This document shows positions 1-9,406 of a DNA stretch of 64,000 bases, one piece after another. Each line of letters begins with the position of its first letter. Position 1 is the stretch's first letter. A program made the position numbers and the translations under genes. This DNA comes from Dehalococcoidia bacterium (GTDB lineage: Bacteria > Chloroflexota > Dehalococcoidia > UBA2979): the NCBI GenBank assembly GCA_963667465.2, contig CAXXDN010000002.1, positions 1,504,001 to 1,568,000 of the forward strand, written 5' to 3'. A model generated the notes under the pieces. That model was not told the origin of the DNA and did not search any database. It worked only from the letters and a program-made list of their open reading frames with translations.

Positions 1-2
1 GC

Positions 3-293
3 GACCTCCAGACCTACCAGGGCCGCGTCATCGACAAGCGCGTCGTGGACGGCGAGCACCAGGTCGTGTGCGACTTCTGGGCGACGAACCAGATCGGCGA
101 GACCACCGCGCCCGGCCAGGCGATCGTCGTGCTGCCCTCACGCGCGGGCGGGATGCCGAAGCTGCCCGCGAGCGGCCAGCCGGCGTACCCGACGTGGGGT
201 CCGGAGACGGTGCTCGAGCCGCTCGGCCTGCCTCCGGTCGAGCCGGGCCCGCAGGCGCACGACTACAAGCACGTAGGCGTCCCGGACCAGTAG
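3..293 (+). CDS. 3' part of a MaoC/hot-dog fold dehydratase-like protein (truncated by window edge)
   Basis: Open frame from base 3: DLQTYQGRVIDKRVVDGEHQVVCDFWATNQIGETTAPGQAIVVLPSR, typical C-terminal strands of MaoC-like proteins; upstream of CoA-transferases. Confidence 0.6.
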   Translation, partial: DLQTYQGRVIDKRVVDGEHQVVCDFWATNQIGETTAPGQAIVVLPSRAGGMPKLPASGQPAYPTWGPETVLEPLGLPPVEPGPQAHDYKHVGVPDQ

Positions 294-306
294 CCGGAGG
301 CAGCCG

Positions 307-1587
307 GTGACCGAAGCGCACGCGGCGTTGCAGCCGACGGTCGCGGGACCGCTCTCGCACCTGCGCATCCTCGAGATCGCCGAGGGCGTGCCGGGCCCCT
401 TCGCGGGACGCCTGCTGCACGATCTGGGCGCGGCCGTCACCAAGGTGGAGCGGACCGGCAGCGGAGACTCCTCGAGGCAGGCCGGCCCCTTCCGGGACGA
501 CGAGCCGGACCCCGAGGCGAGCGGGCTCTTCAGCTACTTCAACCGCGGCAAGCGCTCGGTCACCCTCGACTGGACGCGGCCGGAGGGTCGCGAGCTGCTG
601 GAGCGTCTGCTCGACCAGACGGACGTGCTGATCGTCGACGAGCGCTTCGGCGCGAGCCACGACGAGCTGCTTGCGCTCTGCGAGCGGCACGCCGACGGCG
701 ACCGGCCGCTCAGCGTGGTCTCGATCACCCCGTTCGGCCTCACCGGGCCGCGCGCGCACTGGCGCGGCAGCCCGGCGACGATCAGCGCCTACGGAGGGCT
801 GACCCTCTATTTCGGCGAGGAGGACCGCGCTCCGATCCCGCCGCCGCAGGACCTCGCGCTGACGCAGGGCGGCCTCGCGGTCGCGATCGCCACGTTGTTT
901 ACGGTGCTCGGGCGGGGCGGACAGCCGGGCCGCGGCCAGGTCGCCGACATCTCGATCGTGGACGTGCTGTCCTCGGTGCATACGGGGCTGGCGGCGACGC
1001 ACTGGGTGTTCGACAGCCGCCAGTTCCAGCGCCACGGGCGGCGCAGCCAGGGCGGTCTCTACCCGAACGCGATGCTGCGCTGCAAGGACGGCTTCTTCCG
1101 CATCCACGCGATGTCGCAGAAGGAGTGGCGCGGCCTGCTCGAGATGATGGGCAGCCCGGCCTGGGGCGACGACCCGGAGTACCAGGACCGCATCGTGAAC
1201 GGCGACAGGTACGCCGACCTGCTCGACACGTACATCGAGAGCTACCTGCTGCAGCACACCAAGAACGAGCTGTTCGAGCAGGCGCGCGAGCGGCAACTGC
1301 CGTTCTCGCCGGTGCGCCAGATGCACGAGGTGCTGGAAGAGGAACAGCTGCTGCACCTCGGACTCTTCCGCGAACTGGCGCACCCCAACGGCGAGCAGTT
1401 CACCGCCGCCGGCTCCCCCTTCCGCTGGCGCAACGCCGAGGACGACGCCCCGCCCGAGACGGACCCGACCGGCGCCGCGCTGCTGCGCGCGCCGCGCCTC
1501 GGCGAGCACAACGACGAGGTCTACGGCGCCCTGATCGGGCTCGACGCTGCCGAGATCGAAAGGCTACGGGGCGATGACGTCATCTGA
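307..1587 (+). CDS. Class III CoA-transferase (CaiB/BaiF), BbsE-like subunit
   Basis: PLSHLRILE...LGAAVTKVE...YFNRGKRSVTLD...APRLGEHN; expected catalytic Asp position reads QDLALTQG. Confidence 0.9.
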   Translation: MTEAHAALQPTVAGPLSHLRILEIAEGVPGPFAGRLLHDLGAAVTKVERTGSGDSSRQAGPFRDDEPDPEASGLFSYFNRGKRSVTLDWTRPEGRELLERLLDQTDVLIVDERFGASHDELLALCERHADGDRPLSVVSITPFGLTGPRAHWRGSPATISAYGGLTLYFGEEDRAPIPPPQDLALTQGGLAVAIATLFTVLGRGGQPGRGQVADISIVDVLSSVHTGLAATHWVFDSRQFQRHGRRSQGGLYPNAMLRCKDGFFRIHAMSQKEWRGLLEMMGSPAWGDDPEYQDRIVNGDRYADLLDTYIESYLLQHTKNELFEQARERQLPFSPVRQMHEVLEEEQLLHLGLFRELAHPNGEQFTAAGSPFRWRNAEDDAPPETDPTGAALLRAPRLGEHNDEVYGALIGLDAAEIERLRGDDVI

Positions 1588-2815
1588 CGGCGAGCGCCCC
1601 GCCACCCTCGACATCCTCGAGGGCGTCCGCGTGCTCGACCTCGGCATGGTCTGGGCCGGCTCGATCTGCGGGCAGGTGCTGTCCGACTTCGGGGCGGACG
1701 TGGTCAAGGTCGAATCGCGCTCGAACCTCGACATCGCCCGCCGCGGGCGGCCGATCATCGGGACGGAGTACGACCCGAACCAGAACCCGCTCTTCCACAA
1801 CACCTCGCGCAACAAGCGCAGCCTCGCGCTCAACCTCAAGACCGAGGAGGGCCGCGACGTGCTGCGGCGGATCGTGCCGCACGCCGACATCCTGATCGAG
1901 AACTGGCGACCCGGGGCGCTCCCGCGGCTCGGCTTCGGCTACGAGGAGCTGCGCAAGCTCCGGCCCGACATCATCATGATCTCGCAGACGCTCGCCGGGC
2001 AGGACGGCATCGACGCCCGGCTGCGCGCCTACGGCCCCACCGTCGGCGGCATCACCGGCCTCGACAGCCTCGTCGGCTACGGGGGCGAGGCGCCGCTCGG
2101 CATGGGCCACGCCTACGCCGACCCGAACGTCGGGCTGCACTCCGCGCTGCTCGCGCTGAGCGCCCTCGAACGGCGGCGGCTCACCGGCGAAGGCTCCTAC
2201 ATCGATGTCTCGATGTGGGAGGCGATGGTCGCGGCGCTCGCGACACCCCTGCTCGACTGCGAGCTGAACGGCCGCGTTGCCGGCCCGCTTGGCGACGCCG
2301 CAGTGCCGGGCGCTCCCGCGGGCGTCTTCGGCTGCGCCGGCGACGACCACTGGCTCGTCCTCGAGGTCCACGACGACGCCGACTGGGCCGGCATCGTCGA
2401 GGCGATGGAGCACCCGGACTGGGCGAGCGACGAGCGCTTCGCCAGCGCCGGGGGGCGCCTCGCCGCCCGCGACGAGCTGAACGAGCACGTGCGCGCCTGG
2501 ACCGCGACGCGCGACCGCGACGAGCTGGCCGAGCTGCTACAGAGCCACGGCGTGATCGCCTCGCCCTGCCTCGCCGTCAGCGAGCGACTCTTCGACCACC
2601 ACCTGCTCGCGCGCGAGGGCTTCACCTGGGTCGAGAACCCGGTGCTCGGCCGCGAGCCCGTCTACGGGCAGGCGATCCGCCTCAGCGAGACGCCCGGCTA
2701 CGTGCGCGAACCCGCCCCGATGCTTGGCCAGCACAGCGCCGAGGTGCTGCGCGAGCTGCTCGAGCTGAGCGACGAGGAGATCGAGGCGCTCGACGAGGCG
2801 GGGGTGCTGCGGTGA
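1574..2815 (+). CDS. Class III CoA-transferase (CaiB/BaiF), BbsF-like subunit
   Basis: LEGVRVLDLG..WAG...FGADVVKVES...RNKRSLALNLK...ENWRPG; YADP catalytic Asp; overlaps previous gene by 14 nt. Confidence 0.92.
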   Translation: MTSSDGERPATLDILEGVRVLDLGMVWAGSICGQVLSDFGADVVKVESRSNLDIARRGRPIIGTEYDPNQNPLFHNTSRNKRSLALNLKTEEGRDVLRRIVPHADILIENWRPGALPRLGFGYEELRKLRPDIIMISQTLAGQDGIDARLRAYGPTVGGITGLDSLVGYGGEAPLGMGHAYADPNVGLHSALLALSALERRRLTGEGSYIDVSMWEAMVAALATPLLDCELNGRVAGPLGDAAVPGAPAGVFGCAGDDHWLVLEVHDDADWAGIVEAMEHPDWASDERFASAGGRLAARDELNEHVRAWTATRDRDELAELLQSHGVIASPCLAVSERLFDHHLLAREGFTWVENPVLGREPVYGQAIRLSETPGYVREPAPMLGQHSAEVLRELLELSDEEIEALDEAGVLR

Positions 2816-5322
2816 GTGCGCAGCGCAACGGCCACACCGGCGAACCGCTCGGCCCCGCTCCCGCGCTGCTCGACGGGCTCCGCGTCCTCGAGTACGGCGA
2901 GAGCGCGGCCTCCGCCTTCGCCGCCCGCATGCTCGGCGACCTCGGAGCGACGGTCACGAAGCTCGAACCGCCCGGCGGGAGCGCACTGCGCCGCGAGGGC
3001 TACACGCCGCCCGGCGGCGACAGCTCGGCGCTGTTCGCCTACACCAGCGCCGGCAAGCGCAGCGTCACCCTCGACGATACGACCGCCGGAGGCCGGGAGA
3101 CGCTGCTGCGGCTGATCGCCGACTGCGACGTGCTGGTCGACTCGCATCGCGGCTCGCACTGGCAGGAGCTGGGCATCGACTTCGAGGCGCTGCCGGGCAG
3201 CGGGCGCTGCGCGCTCGCCGTCTCGATCACGCCGTTCGGGCGCTTCGGCCCCCACGCCGAGTGGGCGGCGAACCACCTGACGGCGCACCACGCCGGCGGC
3301 GAGGCCTACTTCTTCCACGGCGGCATCGGCTACGACCGCTACCCGGACGGCCCGCCGCTGCGCGTGCCCGCGAGCATCGCGGAGCTCGACACGGGGTCGG
3401 CGGCCGTTGTCGGGATGCTCGGCTGGCTGGCAGGCTGGCCGGACGCCGAGCGCGAGCCGACCTTCCTCGATCTCTCGTGGCAGGAGGCGGCGATGTCGCT
3501 CTGCCGCCAGGACATCGTGAAGTGGCCCAACGACCGCTACCTCGACACGCGCGCGCTGCGCGAGGTCGCCGTGCTCGGCCTGGTCGAGTGCAAGGACGGC
3601 TGGGCCGAGGTGCTCCCGGCGCAGCAGCACATGTGGGAGCGCTTCGTCGCCGCCTCGGGCGACCCGGAGTGGGCGACCGAACTCGGCGAGACCGCCGACG
3701 ACCGAAGCGCGCACACCGAGGAGCTCAACCAGCTCTTCGAGCCCTGGCTGCGCGAGCGCACGCGCACCGAGATCTTCGACGCGCTGCGCGAGTACGACGT
3801 GCCCGGCGGCCCGGTGCGCCTGATGGGCGATCTGCTCACTTGCGAGCAGCTGCGCCTCCGCGAGTTCCTCCAGACCGTGGCCCTGCCGGACGGCACGACC
3901 GCCGAGGTCCCCGCCCAGCCCTACATCGTGCGCGAGGCCCGCGGCCCCGCCTGGCGGCCCGGCCCCGCGAACGGCTCCGCGCCGGCCACGACGCCCTCGG
4001 CCGGCGCGCACAACGAGGACACGCTGCGCGACCTGCCCGCCGCGCCCGCGGTGAGCGCCGCGCCCGCGATTCGCGCGACCGCCGACCCGCAGCGCCCGCT
4101 CGACTGGCTGCGCGGCACGCGCGTGCTGGACCTGACCTGGTACCAGGCCGGGCCCTACGCCAACATGATCCTCTGCGCCTTCGGGGCGGAGATCCTCAAG
4201 GTTGAGAGCCACCGCCGGATCGACCCGTTCCGCCACTCCCGGCGTCACCAGTCCGTCTCGCTCGCCGACCGCAAGACGGATGACTGGATCGACAAGGGCT
4301 ACCGCTTCAACGAAGACAACATGGGCAAGCGCAGCGTCGCCATGGACATCTCGCAGGAGCGCGGGCGCGACTTCCTCCGCCGGCTCGTCGCCGACGCCGA
4401 CGTGCTGATCGAGGGCTTCCGGCCCGGCACCATTGACCGCCTCGGCCTCGGCTTCGACCGCCTGATCGAGGTCAACCCGCGGCTCGTCATGGTCTCGCTC
4501 TCGGCCAACGGCGCGACGCAGCCGGACGGGCACATGAGTGGCTACGCCGCCGTCTTCGGAGCAACCTCCGGGCTGTCCGGCCTCAGCGGCTACGACCGCA
4601 GCGTCCCCGCCGAGTACCGGGGACCGCTCGACCAGCGCGTCGGCACCGCCGTCGCGATGGCCACGCTCGCCGGGCTGCACGCCCGCGATCGCAGCGACAG
4701 CGCGATCCACGTCGACGTCGCAGCCCAGGAGGCCGGCGCCGCACTGGTCGGCGACCAGCTGGTCGAATGGCAGCTGCGCGGCTGCGTTGCCGAGCCGCTC
4801 GGCAACCGCCACGAACAGCTCGCCCCGCACAACGTCTACCAGTGCCTCCCGATCGAGGGCGAGCAAGCCTACCTCGTGGTCGCGGTCGAGACGGACGCGC
4901 AGTGGATGCGGCTCGCCGAACACCTCGGCGACTGGCGGCTCGACCCGCGCTGGGACGCCCGCGCACGCAAGGCGCAGGAGCACACGATCGACGAGGCGAT
5001 CGCCGACTGGACCCGCGGGCGCGAGCGCGACGAACTGATCGAGGAGTTGCAAGGCCTCGGCGTGGCGGCCGCGCCGAGCGCGACCGCGCGCGACCTCTAC
5101 CTGGACGAGCACGTCCGCGCGCGCGGCCTCTGGAGCAGCGTCGAGCACCCGCGCATGGGCCAGCTCGAGGTGATCGCCCTGCCCTGGCTCATCAACGGCT
5201 CGCGCATCGCCACGGAGGCCGCCCCGACGCTCGGCCAGCACAACGAGTACGTCTACGGCGACCTGCTCGGCGTGGGCGCCGAGGAGCTGTCCCAGCTCGT
5301 CGCCGAGGGCATCGCCCACTGA
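2812..5322 (+). CDS. Fused two-domain class III CoA-transferase
   Basis: Real start is GTG at 2812 (GTGA overlap with upstream stop), not 2215; two CaiB domains starting LDGLRVLE and LRGTRVLDLT. Confidence 0.9.
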   Translation: MSAQRNGHTGEPLGPAPALLDGLRVLEYGESAASAFAARMLGDLGATVTKLEPPGGSALRREGYTPPGGDSSALFAYTSAGKRSVTLDDTTAGGRETLLRLIADCDVLVDSHRGSHWQELGIDFEALPGSGRCALAVSITPFGRFGPHAEWAANHLTAHHAGGEAYFFHGGIGYDRYPDGPPLRVPASIAELDTGSAAVVGMLGWLAGWPDAEREPTFLDLSWQEAAMSLCRQDIVKWPNDRYLDTRALREVAVLGLVECKDGWAEVLPAQQHMWERFVAASGDPEWATELGETADDRSAHTEELNQLFEPWLRERTRTEIFDALREYDVPGGPVRLMGDLLTCEQLRLREFLQTVALPDGTTAEVPAQPYIVREARGPAWRPGPANGSAPATTPSAGAHNEDTLRDLPAAPAVSAAPAIRATADPQRPLDWLRGTRVLDLTWYQAGPYANMILCAFGAEILKVESHRRIDPFRHSRRHQSVSLADRKTDDWIDKGYRFNEDNMGKRSVAMDISQERGRDFLRRLVADADVLIEGFRPGTIDRLGLGFDRLIEVNPRLVMVSLSANGATQPDGHMSGYAAVFGATSGLSGLSGYDRSVPAEYRGPLDQRVGTAVAMATLAGLHARDRSDSAIHVDVAAQEAGAALVGDQLVEWQLRGCVAEPLGNRHEQLAPHNVYQCLPIEGEQAYLVVAVETDAQWMRLAEHLGDWRLDPRWDARARKAQEHTIDEAIADWTRGRERDELIEELQGLGVAAAPSATARDLYLDEHVRARGLWSSVEHPRMGQLEVIALPWLINGSRIATEAAPTLGQHNEYVYGDLLGVGAEELSQLVAEGIAH

Positions 5323-5396
5323 GCTGATGCTCGCACGCCTCGGAGTCGATCACTCCTGCTGTAGGCTCCCACGGCACTGGTGAGTCAGGCGGAATC

Positions 5397-8300
5397 GTGC
5401 ACAGGAAACGCCTCGTCCCTCGGTTGTTTGCGTCGCTGGCCGTCGCGCTCGCGATCGGCTGGGGGCTGGCATCGGGTAGTGGGATCGCGGAAGCCGAGTC
5501 GGCGTCGGAAGACTCGGCCACGATCACCACGAGACTCCATCCGGGCTGGAATCTGGTCGGCTGGGTCGGCCCCGAGACGCCCGTCGCGGACCTGTTCGAG
5601 GAGCTTCCCGCGCTGCAGCAGGTGTCGGCTCGGGACGCCGAAGCCGGGGCGTGGGTGCAGGCTCGCCCCCGCAGCCGTTCGGCGGCGCACGGACTGAGGC
5701 TGCTGACGCCTGGCATGGGCCTCTGGTTCTGGATCGGCGGCAACGAGACCGTCGAGTGGACGCGCCCTGCCGGGGCGGAGAGCGTGCTGCTGCAGCTACA
5801 CAGGGGGCTCAACCTCGCGGCCTGGTTCGGCGGACCGGCAAGCCTCGAGGACGCCCTCGCACGCCTTGGCAACGCCGTCGTGCGGGCGAGGCTCTGGGAT
5901 CCCGTGACGCAGGGCTACGAGACGTACGATCCGGACGACGCGAACACCGCCGGCGTGCTGGACGCCGTCACTCCGGGCGACGGGCTGCGGATCGATCTCA
6001 CCGGGAAGACGCTCTGGTGGCCGCAGGGCACGGACCCGCCGCCGGTCGTGTTCGTGGACGACCTGGACACGGAGACGGCGCTCGCGATCGCCGATGCGTA
6101 CCAGCGCGCCCGCAGTCTCTTCATCAAGCGCCTCGGTACCCCGGAGGCCGCCGAGCTCAGGGCGCACGTATACGCGGACGTGGACTCTCTGCATCGGGCA
6201 TACCGTGAGTGGGGCGGGCGCGACCTTCCGGATCGATGGTGCTCCTTCAACGATGGGAGCAGTCTGCACCATTCCGCATCGTGCTACGGGGCGCCCGAAT
6301 CGCGGATGGGGGAGCGGTACTTCCGCGCCCTCGTCTTGCACATGGCCCCTCGAGCGGAGGTCCCGGAGCCGGAGGAAGGTCACAGCCGCTACGGGCCGAT
6401 GTGGCTGCTGAACGGGGTGGACGCGTACGCGGACGCGGCGTACCGCGCCACCTACGGCAGCGTGCCGTATGACCGGTTGCGGACCGGGCTCATCGCCGCG
6501 GCCCGGCGCACCGCGCTGCCGCTGAGCAGCACCGCGAGCCTGGACGGACGGGACGCGGCCGGGGGTCCGGCAACGACGGCGCTCGGCTTCCTTGCAATCG
6601 AGTCGCTTGCCCAACGCGCCGGGGAGGCGGCAATCCTCGGCTACTACCGCCTGCTCCCGTCCAGCGCGAGCTGGCAGGAGGCGTTCGAGGGCGCGTTCGG
6701 CCTCAGCGCCGAGCGCTTCTACGATGCCTTCGAGGTCTCCCGCTTCGAGCGAGCCCCGCTCCTGCCGCACCTCGCAGACCCCTCGGATGAGCCGGCCTTC
6801 GTCTTCGTTGGGGAGATCGACCCGGAGGCGCAGGAGGACATGCGTGCCTCACTTCAGGCGACTCGGGAGATCTTCTCCGGGCAGTTCGGCAGCAAGGCCT
6901 CGGACTTCACGGTCTACGTCGGGTCAGGCCTGGAGGCGATCACGCCGGAGTACCTCGCTGTTCGCGGCCATGAGAATCTCAATCTCTGCGGGGACTACTC
7001 CCACAACGTCATCTTCCAGGTCTTCACCTGCAAGAACCGCGATCTCGTGCTCGCCCACGAGTACGTGCATGTCCTGCAGAACAAGCTCGCCGAGGGCGCC
7101 TCGTGGGGTCCGGCGTGGTTGACGGAGGGGGTCGCCGTCTACGGGGAAGCCTTGCACCGCGCCGTGATCGGACAACGCCTACCGGCAAGCGAAGGATTGG
7201 AGCTCAGGCGCAGCTGGGAGCTGGCCCGCGTCATGCTCACAGGCGATGTTCCCATGCTCTCCAGCCTCGAAACCGTCGATGACGCCGCCGAGCGCGGCCA
7301 TTACCGCCTCGGCTTCCTCGCCGCCGATTGGCTCGCCGAACATGCCGGCCCCGAGGCGCTGACCGACTACTACCGGCAGCTGCCCTCATCGGAGGGCTGG
7401 GAGGAGGCCTTCGAAGGCGCGTTCGATCTCACCGTCGGCGACTTCTACGCGACGTTCGAGGACTACTGGCCCGAGATCGACCCGCTGCTGCCCCACCTCG
7501 CAGACGATCGCGAGGGCCCCGTTGTCGTGTTCCTCGGCGACATCGAGGCAAGCGACCGCGCTACCCATGAGTCCGCGGTGGAGAAGGTGGTGGCGCTCTT
7601 CTCCGACCGCTTCGGGATCGAGAGCGTGGAGTCCACGGTCTTCGTCGGCGCCAACGTCGGGTCGCTGGCCCCCATTCACTGGATGCTGTTCGAGCGTGGG
7701 CCGGACGCGGACCTCTGCTCCGGGTGGAATGGCCCCGCATTCCTGTATGCGGCGTCGTGCAGCGACCCACTGGGGCGACACTTCGGGCGCTTGTACTTCG
7801 GCACCGTGCGCGAAGAGCTGGCGCCGCGGAGCGCACTCCCCACAGCCGATGACGGTTACAGTCACTGGGGCCCGCAGTGGCTGTACCTCGGCACCGTGGT
7901 GCACGCGGACCTGCTCTCCCGGGAGGCAGCCGGGATCGCGAACTACGAAGACGAGCGCACCATTCGCGTTGAACGGGCACAAGCGAATACCACCGACCTG
8001 CGCCGCCTGGAGGCATCCGAGGGCTGGGACGCGGCTAATGAAGTGGCCCAGAGCGGCTGGGCGCTCGGACTCCTCGCAGCGGAACGGCTCGCCGAACTCG
8101 CCGGCGACGAGGCGATCTTCGAGTACTTCCGCCTACTCCCCTCCAGCGCAAGTTGGCGGGACGCGTTCGAGGGCGCGTTCGGCCTCACCGTCGACGCCTT
8201 CTACGAGGACTTCGCGGTCCACCGCGCAGACATCGCGCCGGCGCTGCCACAGATCCGCGGCGTCGTGCTCGGCCCCGACGGCGCGCCGGTCGAGGGCGCC

Positions 8301-8576
8301 GGGCTCTGGCTTCGGTGGCACTCGTCGGCGGGAGCCTACATCGAGTTCGCACGTACGGCGGCAGACGGCACGTTCAGGTTCGCAGTGGCGAACGGCTCGT
8401 ACCGTCTGACGCTCATGGAACACGTTGATGGGAACTGGATCACCTTCGGCCAGTACGGTGGAGGCGACGGCTTCTCCACCGGCAGCATCACGGTGATCGA
8501 GGTGGACGGGGCAGACGTCAGCGACATCGTGATCCGGCTGCCGTCGTCCCTCTCCAAGCTGCGACCCATTCGCTGA
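5397..8576 (+). CDS. Large secreted protein: signal peptide, two GWNL-type repeats, three tandem gluzincin/peptidase MA-like repeats, C-terminal carboxypeptidase-regulatory-like beta domain
   Basis: Hydrophobic N-terminus; LHPGWNLVGW / LHRGLNLAAW; three repeats ending in W.EAFEGAF.L....FY..F; HEYVH...WLTEG in repeat 2; IRGVVLGPDGAPVEG tail. Confidence 0.75.
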   Translation: MHRKRLVPRLFASLAVALAIGWGLASGSGIAEAESASEDSATITTRLHPGWNLVGWVGPETPVADLFEELPALQQVSARDAEAGAWVQARPRSRSAAHGLRLLTPGMGLWFWIGGNETVEWTRPAGAESVLLQLHRGLNLAAWFGGPASLEDALARLGNAVVRARLWDPVTQGYETYDPDDANTAGVLDAVTPGDGLRIDLTGKTLWWPQGTDPPPVVFVDDLDTETALAIADAYQRARSLFIKRLGTPEAAELRAHVYADVDSLHRAYREWGGRDLPDRWCSFNDGSSLHHSASCYGAPESRMGERYFRALVLHMAPRAEVPEPEEGHSRYGPMWLLNGVDAYADAAYRATYGSVPYDRLRTGLIAAARRTALPLSSTASLDGRDAAGGPATTALGFLAIESLAQRAGEAAILGYYRLLPSSASWQEAFEGAFGLSAERFYDAFEVSRFERAPLLPHLADPSDEPAFVFVGEIDPEAQEDMRASLQATREIFSGQFGSKASDFTVYVGSGLEAITPEYLAVRGHENLNLCGDYSHNVIFQVFTCKNRDLVLAHEYVHVLQNKLAEGASWGPAWLTEGVAVYGEALHRAVIGQRLPASEGLELRRSWELARVMLTGDVPMLSSLETVDDAAERGHYRLGFLAADWLAEHAGPEALTDYYRQLPSSEGWEEAFEGAFDLTVGDFYATFEDYWPEIDPLLPHLADDREGPVVVFLGDIEASDRATHESAVEKVVALFSDRFGIESVESTVFVGANVGSLAPIHWMLFERGPDADLCSGWNGPAFLYAASCSDPLGRHFGRLYFGTVREELAPRSALPTADDGYSHWGPQWLYLGTVVHADLLSREAAGIANYEDERTIRVERAQANTTDLRRLEASEGWDAANEVAQSGWALGLLAAERLAELAGDEAIFEYFRLLPSSASWRDAFEGAFGLTVDAFYEDFAVHRADIAPALPQIRGVVLGPDGAPVEGAGLWLRWHSSAGAYIEFARTAADGTFRFAVANGSYRLTLMEHVDGNWITFGQYGGGDGFSTGSITVIEVDGADVSDIVIRLPSSLSKLRPIR

Positions 8577-8586
8577 CCCGCTCGCC

Positions 8587-9402
8587 CTACTCCAGCAGCG
8601 AGTCCACGAAGGCGCGGATCGCGGCGAAGTACTCGTGACGGCCGATCCAGAGGATGTCGTTGTGGCCGACGCCCTCGATCGGGACGAACTCGCGGCGCTC
8701 GTTTTCGAGCTGGTCGTAGAGCTCCGCAGCCAGCTCGATCGGGGCGAGGTCGTCCGCAGCGCCATGGATCTGCAGCGAAGGGATCCGGATCGAGCGGACC
8801 TTCGTCTCGTGCGCCTCGATGAACTCGGCGGCGCCCGGCTCGTCTTCGAGGCCGAAGCGCGCGATCGAGCGGCGCGCGCTGGCCGCGCCGCTTTCGATGA
8901 TCAGCCCGCGCACGCGGTCGCCGGCGCGCGCCGCCACCTCCAGCGCGGGCTGGGTGCCCATGCTGCGGCCCATGACGAACAGCGGGCCGCCGCCACGCTC
9001 CTCCTGCAGCGCCGCCGCGTACTCCAGCGCCGGCATTGCATCGCCGACGAGCGCGGCCATCGAGGCCCGGCCGCCGCTCTTGCCGTATCCGCGGAACTCC
9101 GCGACGAACAGGTCGAGGCCGATCTCGCGGTAGAGACGGTCGATCCCGTCGTGGTCGCTCACCACCTCGCCGTTGCCGTGGAAGTAGAGGACCAGCGGTC
9201 GCGGCGGGGCGGCCGCTGTCCCGGTGTAGAGGCGGGCGGAGATGCTGATGCCCGGCTCGACCGCGATCTGGTGGTCGCTGGCGCCGGGCGGCGGCGGGCC
9301 GGGGTCGGGACGCGGGAAGAACATCCACTGCGACGCGCCCGCGCGGTCGAGCAACGCGTAGTCGGGGAAGGGAATGCCGCCGGCGTCGCTTGGCTCGCTC
9401 AC
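8587..9402 (-). CDS. Alpha/beta hydrolase
   Basis: YFHGNGE, FRGYGKS, GRSMG nucleophile elbow, IHGAADD, GVGHND; probable GTG start at 9402. Confidence 0.88.
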   Translation of the reverse strand: MSEPSDAGGIPFPDYALLDRAGASQWMFFPRPDPGPPPPGASDHQIAVEPGISISARLYTGTAAAPPRPLVLYFHGNGEVVSDHDGIDRLYREIGLDLFVAEFRGYGKSGGRASMAALVGDAMPALEYAAALQEERGGGPLFVMGRSMGTQPALEVAARAGDRVRGLIIESGAASARRSIARFGLEDEPGAAEFIEAHETKVRSIRIPSLQIHGAADDLAPIELAAELYDQLENERREFVPIEGVGHNDILWIGRHEYFAAIRAFVDSLLE

Positions 9403-9406
9403 CGGC

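Noticed and set aside
2698-5319. Long antisense and alternative-frame ORFs (this one, 12285..15464, 28705..31068, 39765..43625 and many others)
   Set aside because: Shadow ORFs expected in very GC-rich DNA; they overlap well-supported genes and show no recognisable motifs
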